A stretch of 64,000 nucleotides of DNA, from the IMG/VR virus record IMGVR_UViG_3300029305_010146; one strand, written 5' to 3'. The notes beneath the pieces are model-generated. The model searched no databases, was not told the DNA's origin, and saw nothing but the letters and a program-made list of their open reading frames with translations. Positions 59,816-64,000 of this stretch are shown piece by piece (the first letter of the stretch is position 1; each line of letters opens with the position of its first letter). Made by a program: the position numbers and the translations under genes. The stretch is from an uncultured virus (IMG/VR IMGVR_UViG_3300029305_010146). Taxonomy: Duplodnaviria; Heunggongvirae; Uroviricota; Caudoviricetes.

Positions 59816-59971
59816 TCAAACACGAATAATTGCTGTTGTTGGCTGTTGCTGTTTTGTTTTTTTATTTTCAGAAAAAGTTGCGCTTTCGCATGTTTCACAA
59901 CAATCTAACTGAGCAATCACCTCCGTGTGTTTTTTGTCTTTGTTGAATGTTGAAAACTTTTCCATTTTCAT
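59816..59971 (-). CDS. 51-aa hypothetical peptide
   Basis: GGAGG RBS; MKMEKFSTFNKDKKHTEVIAQLDCCETCES...IIRV. Confidence 0.45.
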   Translation of the reverse strand: MKMEKFSTFNKDKKHTEVIAQLDCCETCESATFSENKKTKQQQPTTAIIRV

Positions 59972-60092
59972 ATCCTCCGTTTGAAAATGTTTATCTTTAT
60001 CAGATGCAATTATAATATAAAATATTTCGAAAAAATTTTCAAGAAATAAAAATAAATGGTGAGAAAGTTCTCACCATTTATAAAAATATTTT

Positions 60093-60647
60093 TTAATACC
60101 ATTCGTGGTAGAACAAACTACCAACGTCTTCATCGGAAAGTTGTCTATCATACGGGTCATTCCGCTTAATCATAGCAAGCTGTGCCTTTGTTAAACGGTA
60201 ATAACCACAGTTCTCAATAGGCTTTCTTTTAAAGGCATTATGAATCTTGCTTTGTAGATTGTATGCCTTTCTCCAATAAGCAACTTCATCAACAAATGTT
60301 GTCCAAAATTCAGTTTCTTTTTCAAAAATAAACTGCTTACTTTCTTCATCGGAAATGGCAATGTGGTCAATGCCATAATAACCAAAATAGTTACCATCAG
60401 GTCCACAACCACACCAATGAGGTCGCTCTTTAAGATTGTAATGTTTTTGAATTTTTTCAGTGTCCCAATACGGTGTTTGTGCCTTTATAAGCACACAGAA
60501 CTTTTTCAAGTCTGACAACATTGGAGTATCGATATCGTCCTTATCAAAAAGACTATATCCATCTTCTCTCAACTTATCATAATTATGAACAATACTGGTG
60601 TCCAAATTTGGTTTTTCTGCCTTAAAAATATACATATCAAGTCCCAT
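60093..60647 (-). CDS. Hypothetical protein (MGLDMY...YWRK type)
   Basis: AGGAG RBS, own promoter and terminator. Confidence 0.7.
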   Translation of the reverse strand: MGLDMYIFKAEKPNLDTSIVHNYDKLREDGYSLFDKDDIDTPMLSDLKKFCVLIKAQTPYWDTEKIQKHYNLKERPHWCGCGPDGNYFGYYGIDHIAISDEESKQFIFEKETEFWTTFVDEVAYWRKAYNLQSKIHNAFKRKPIENCGYYRLTKAQLAMIKRNDPYDRQLSDEDVGSLFYHEWY

Positions 60648-60759
60648 ATTTATTCTCCTTTATTATGTGTTTTCTATAACAATTATATCATACCGAACCC
60701 CAAATGTCAACTGTTTTTTGTAAAATAAACTCCACGAAATTTCTTTCGTGGAGTTTTAA

Positions 60760-61224
60760 TTAGTAATACATTTTTATATACTTTTTCATATATTCAGTAT
60801 ACAGTGTATCATCGTTAAAGAATTTTTCTTGTGCCTCACCATAAGCATCTTCATCATCTTCTGATACACCAATTTCTTCGCAATATAATTTGAATATTTC
60901 CCAGTTATCCGTACAACCGTCTGTAGCAAATAATGTTTCAACCTCGAAGTCATCTTCGTCAAAAATAGGCATAAGAAATTCTTTAATTTCTTCATCAGAA
61001 CCGTGTTCATCCAAATAAAGTAATTCTTCATACTCTTTCGCAGTAAGAATAACTTTTTGCAATTGGAAAGAATGACAGTCATCAGGACCATAATCCAAGA
61101 AATCTGGCAAATATTCTTCTAAAAACTTTTTAATTGCTCGTCTCTTATTAGTCTCTACACCATAAAGAGAATACCACTCGTCCCTTTCATATCTGTCGTA
61201 AGTAATATAAACATTCATGTACAA
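60760..61224 (-). CDS. Hypothetical acidic protein
   Basis: AGGAG RBS, own promoter and terminator. Confidence 0.7.
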   Translation of the reverse strand: MYMNVYITYDRYERDEWYSLYGVETNKRRAIKKFLEEYLPDFLDYGPDDCHSFQLQKVILTAKEYEELLYLDEHGSDEEIKEFLMPIFDEDDFEVETLFATDGCTDNWEIFKLYCEEIGVSEDDEDAYGEAQEKFFNDDTLYTEYMKKYIKMYY

Positions 61225-61380
61225 AAACTCCTTTATTTTATTTGGTTACGATTATTATACAACATTTATAATACTTTTGTCAATAGTTATTGGAGATATT
61301 GCATTTTTAATAACATTAATTTACAAAAATAATATTTCTGTTTTATAATGATGAAAAACGAAAGAAAGGACTGATTTCAT

Positions 61381-63321
61381 ATGAAATTCAATATCAAATC
61401 CCGTAAAGGTTTTACTTTGATTGAATTACTCGTAGTCATTGGCATTTTAGCAGTGCTTGCAGCGATTGCTATTCCATCAGTTGCTGGTCTTATTGACCGT
61501 GCTAATGTTTCTGCTGACAAGACAAATGCTAATGAAATGACAAATGCTATCGAGCGTTTTACATCAGAGTACGAACTCTATTGCCAAGATGTAGCATCTG
61601 GCAACATCAATACTGCAGAATTTGATAGTATGCAAGGTAGAGTGTACAATGTTACTGGCATTCGTAACCGTACAGGTGTCGAGGCAATCGAAAGCATTGG
61701 TTACACCAACTATGTTACTGGTTTAGATAGAGACACTAAATACCCAGTTAATGAAGCAACTGTTAAAAAGGTTATCGAAAACTATATGAAGACTTCGTCT
61801 TCCACCTTCGAACCAAAGCAGTCTGACTGCTCTTATTACTACTCTCCACAGATTGGTAAAGTAGTAGTTGCTCCAACTGGTAGTACAGCATCCGAAATTG
61901 ATGCAATTGCCAAAGCAAACGGTGCAGATTATGCTTCTGTAAACAATGGTGAACTCATTGAATGGATTAATCTCTCCATCAATGCAGGCGAAGAACAAAA
62001 AGATTGGAACTATAACACTTTTGCAAGTGATACAAAGAATGTATACACTGGTTATACTACAAACGCTAAATACTTTAATGTAAATTGGACTACCGAAGAC
62101 CAGAACGGCAATCCATTACCAGGTGTTAGTCACCACATTAAAATCAGTAATAGTTATCATGAAGCAGAATGCGATACTCCTGGTACTATGAGCATGGTAC
62201 CTGCTGGTAACTATGCATTAAGAATTGAAGATGGTACTTGGTATTACGATTATAATATTCTTATTTACCGTGAAGGTGTGCAAAAGTTCACATTAGACAC
62301 ACCAAGCGGTAAAATTACAATTGGTACTGATTCTGACGAAAAACCTGCTGGTAGCACACCAACCCCAGAACCTCCAGTGGAAGAACCGCCAATTCAACAG
62401 TGTACACACCAAAATACAGAGATTAGAGACCGTGTAGAAGCAACAACTTCTGCCAACGGTTATACTGGTGATACTTGGTGTAAAGATTGCAATACAAAAA
62501 TTGCAACTGGTACAACAATAGATAAAATTGCAACACAGCAATACCCTATTGCTGGCGAGTGGATACTCAATTATGATTTAAGTTATCCAACAAAAGTTTT
62601 GCACCAAGACATTGATTTTACAATGAACGGAACACGATACGATGGTTTTAGACTCACAGGAAATGCCGTCATGGGTACAAAAAATGGCGATATTGCTGGA
62701 ATGTTTGTGCAATGCCAATCCGAATTTTTGGGCAATGAATGGAGCTGTCCTCAATATGTATATTTTGGTCCTGAACCACAAATGGTTTCCGAAGATTTTT
62801 ACAATTGGTTTATTGCCAATGCAGAAGTTTATTACACTTGCTTTGTTGGTGGTTCGCAAGTCTCTATGGCAGACGGAACGACAAAGAACATCGAAGATGT
62901 TATTGTTGGCGACAGAGTTCTTTCTTACAATAGAAACACGAATAGTTTCTATGTCACAAATGTAATTGCTACCAATACAAAGGACGCACTTTGTTATTTT
63001 ACAATCACATTAGATGATGGAACAGAAATCAATACAACTGGCAGTCACCCATTTTTAACTGATAAAGGCTTTGAAAATGTTGCTGGCCACAGCAAAGAAA
63101 CCACTATTGTCGATATACTTACGGTTGGCGATAAGTTAATAACAACAGAAGGTTACAAAACTATTGTTTCTATTGATGTTATTAATAAAAAGACAAAAGT
63201 TTACAACCTTAATGTTGCAGACGACGATGAAGTTAATAAAGGCGAGGATGACGACGAGGAAGATACTTTTGTAGTAGAAGGTGTGGTTAACCACAACCAC
63301 TCTGGCGGTGCTAATGATTAA
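61381..63321 (+). CDS. Type IV pilin-like protein with C-terminal Hint (BIL-type) domain
   Basis: Prepilin motif; Hint CFVGGSQVSMADG...TGSHPFLT...VYNLNV...VNHN at 62839-63297, then HSGGAND. Confidence 0.88.
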   Translation: MKFNIKSRKGFTLIELLVVIGILAVLAAIAIPSVAGLIDRANVSADKTNANEMTNAIERFTSEYELYCQDVASGNINTAEFDSMQGRVYNVTGIRNRTGVEAIESIGYTNYVTGLDRDTKYPVNEATVKKVIENYMKTSSSTFEPKQSDCSYYYSPQIGKVVVAPTGSTASEIDAIAKANGADYASVNNGELIEWINLSINAGEEQKDWNYNTFASDTKNVYTGYTTNAKYFNVNWTTEDQNGNPLPGVSHHIKISNSYHEAECDTPGTMSMVPAGNYALRIEDGTWYYDYNILIYREGVQKFTLDTPSGKITIGTDSDEKPAGSTPTPEPPVEEPPIQQCTHQNTEIRDRVEATTSANGYTGDTWCKDCNTKIATGTTIDKIATQQYPIAGEWILNYDLSYPTKVLHQDIDFTMNGTRYDGFRLTGNAVMGTKNGDIAGMFVQCQSEFLGNEWSCPQYVYFGPEPQMVSEDFYNWFIANAEVYYTCFVGGSQVSMADGTTKNIEDVIVGDRVLSYNRNTNSFYVTNVIATNTKDALCYFTITLDDGTEINTTGSHPFLTDKGFENVAGHSKETTIVDILTVGDKLITTEGYKTIVSIDVINKKTKVYNLNVADDDEVNKGEDDDEEDTFVVEGVVNHNHSGGAND

Positions 63322-63418
63322 ACATTTATAATATTGAAAATAAAAAAATGAGAGAAGATATTGCATTTTCTCTCATTTTTTGTTATACTATACCCAATAT
63401 TGTTATTGGAGGTATCGC

Positions 63419-64000
63419 ATGCTATCGCTTTTTAGGAAACCCAAAATATCTTTTGTAGTTATTGCTTATAATCGAGAACCCTATATTAAAGAGTGTCTTG
63501 ATTCTATTTTATCACAAAACATTGACAAAGAAATTATCTGCATTGATGATTGCTCGACAGATAATACATATAATATTCTACAACAATATAAAAAAGAGCA
63601 TAAAGAAATAAGATTATTTCAAAATGAACAAAATTCAGGAACAGTAATTACAAGGTGTAACGGTTTAATGCACTGCAAGGGCGAATATATGCTTTTTGTA
63701 GATGCTGATGATAAATTATTACCCAATTCTATGGAAAAAATTTATTTGGAAGCAAAAACACAAGATTTAGATATGTTAGAGTTTAGTAGCAATACTGATT
63801 CCGATTATGAACATTTTGCAAAAGCATTACAAAGAAGCAAGCAATTCATAACAGACAATATTATAGATGCTTACCAAGAAAAAAGAATTTCCAATCAATT
63901 ATGGAACAAACTTGTTTCTGAAAGTGTCTATAAAAAAGTTGTGAAAAAATTAAACACAGAAATTAAACAGGCAAATTTTTCCGATGTTGTTTATTTTATA
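63419..64000 (+). CDS. Glycosyltransferase family 2 (partial)
   Basis: ISFVVIAYN, IDDCSTD, FVDADD; open at the window end. Confidence 0.88.
   Translation, partial: MLSLFRKPKISFVVIAYNREPYIKECLDSILSQNIDKEIICIDDCSTDNTYNILQQYKKEHKEIRLFQNEQNSGTVITRCNGLMHCKGEYMLFVDADDKLLPNSMEKIYLEAKTQDLDMLEFSSNTDSDYEHFAKALQRSKQFITDNIIDAYQEKRISNQLWNKLVSESVYKKVVKKLNTEIKQANFSDVVYFI

Overview
AT-rich (roughly one-third GC) DNA with Firmicutes/Clostridia-type sigma-A promoters and Shine-Dalgarno sites, read in the standard code. There are no ribosomal-protein or rRNA operons and no recognisable capsid or tail genes. The content suggests a large extrachromosomal element (jumbo phage or conjugative megaplasmid), but this is inference. 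Protein genes include a partial IscB with omega-RNA, a dNTP-supply block (thyX, fhs, nrdD/nrdG, dut, dGTPase-like), tRNA/translation maintenance enzymes (Tpt1/KptA, CCA-adding enzyme with HD domain, Pth2, HPF), two orphan DNA methyltransferases, four type IV pilin paralogues (two with C-terminal Hint domains), PcfJ, Sir2 and a VirB4/HerA-like ATPase with a large Ser/Thr insert. There are three tRNA clusters (about 25 canonical tRNAs plus tRNA-like RNAs). The main discovery is that each tRNA cluster is preceded by a short leader ORF and a terminator/antiterminator. The leader's enriched codons match the downstream tRNAs: Asn/Asp, His/Glu/Tyr/Arg, and Thr/Ser/Gly. This looks like ribosome-mediated attenuation that switches on replacement tRNAs. 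Other highlights are a tRNA-Asn gene with a complete 77-nt cloverleaf nested in its anticodon, two HDV-like (theta-type) ribozymes behind CCA-less tRNA-Ser genes, loop-expanded tRNA mimics, and G-quadruplex motifs near pilin genes. All RNA folds were paired by eye, and protein calls rest on motif recognition without database searches.
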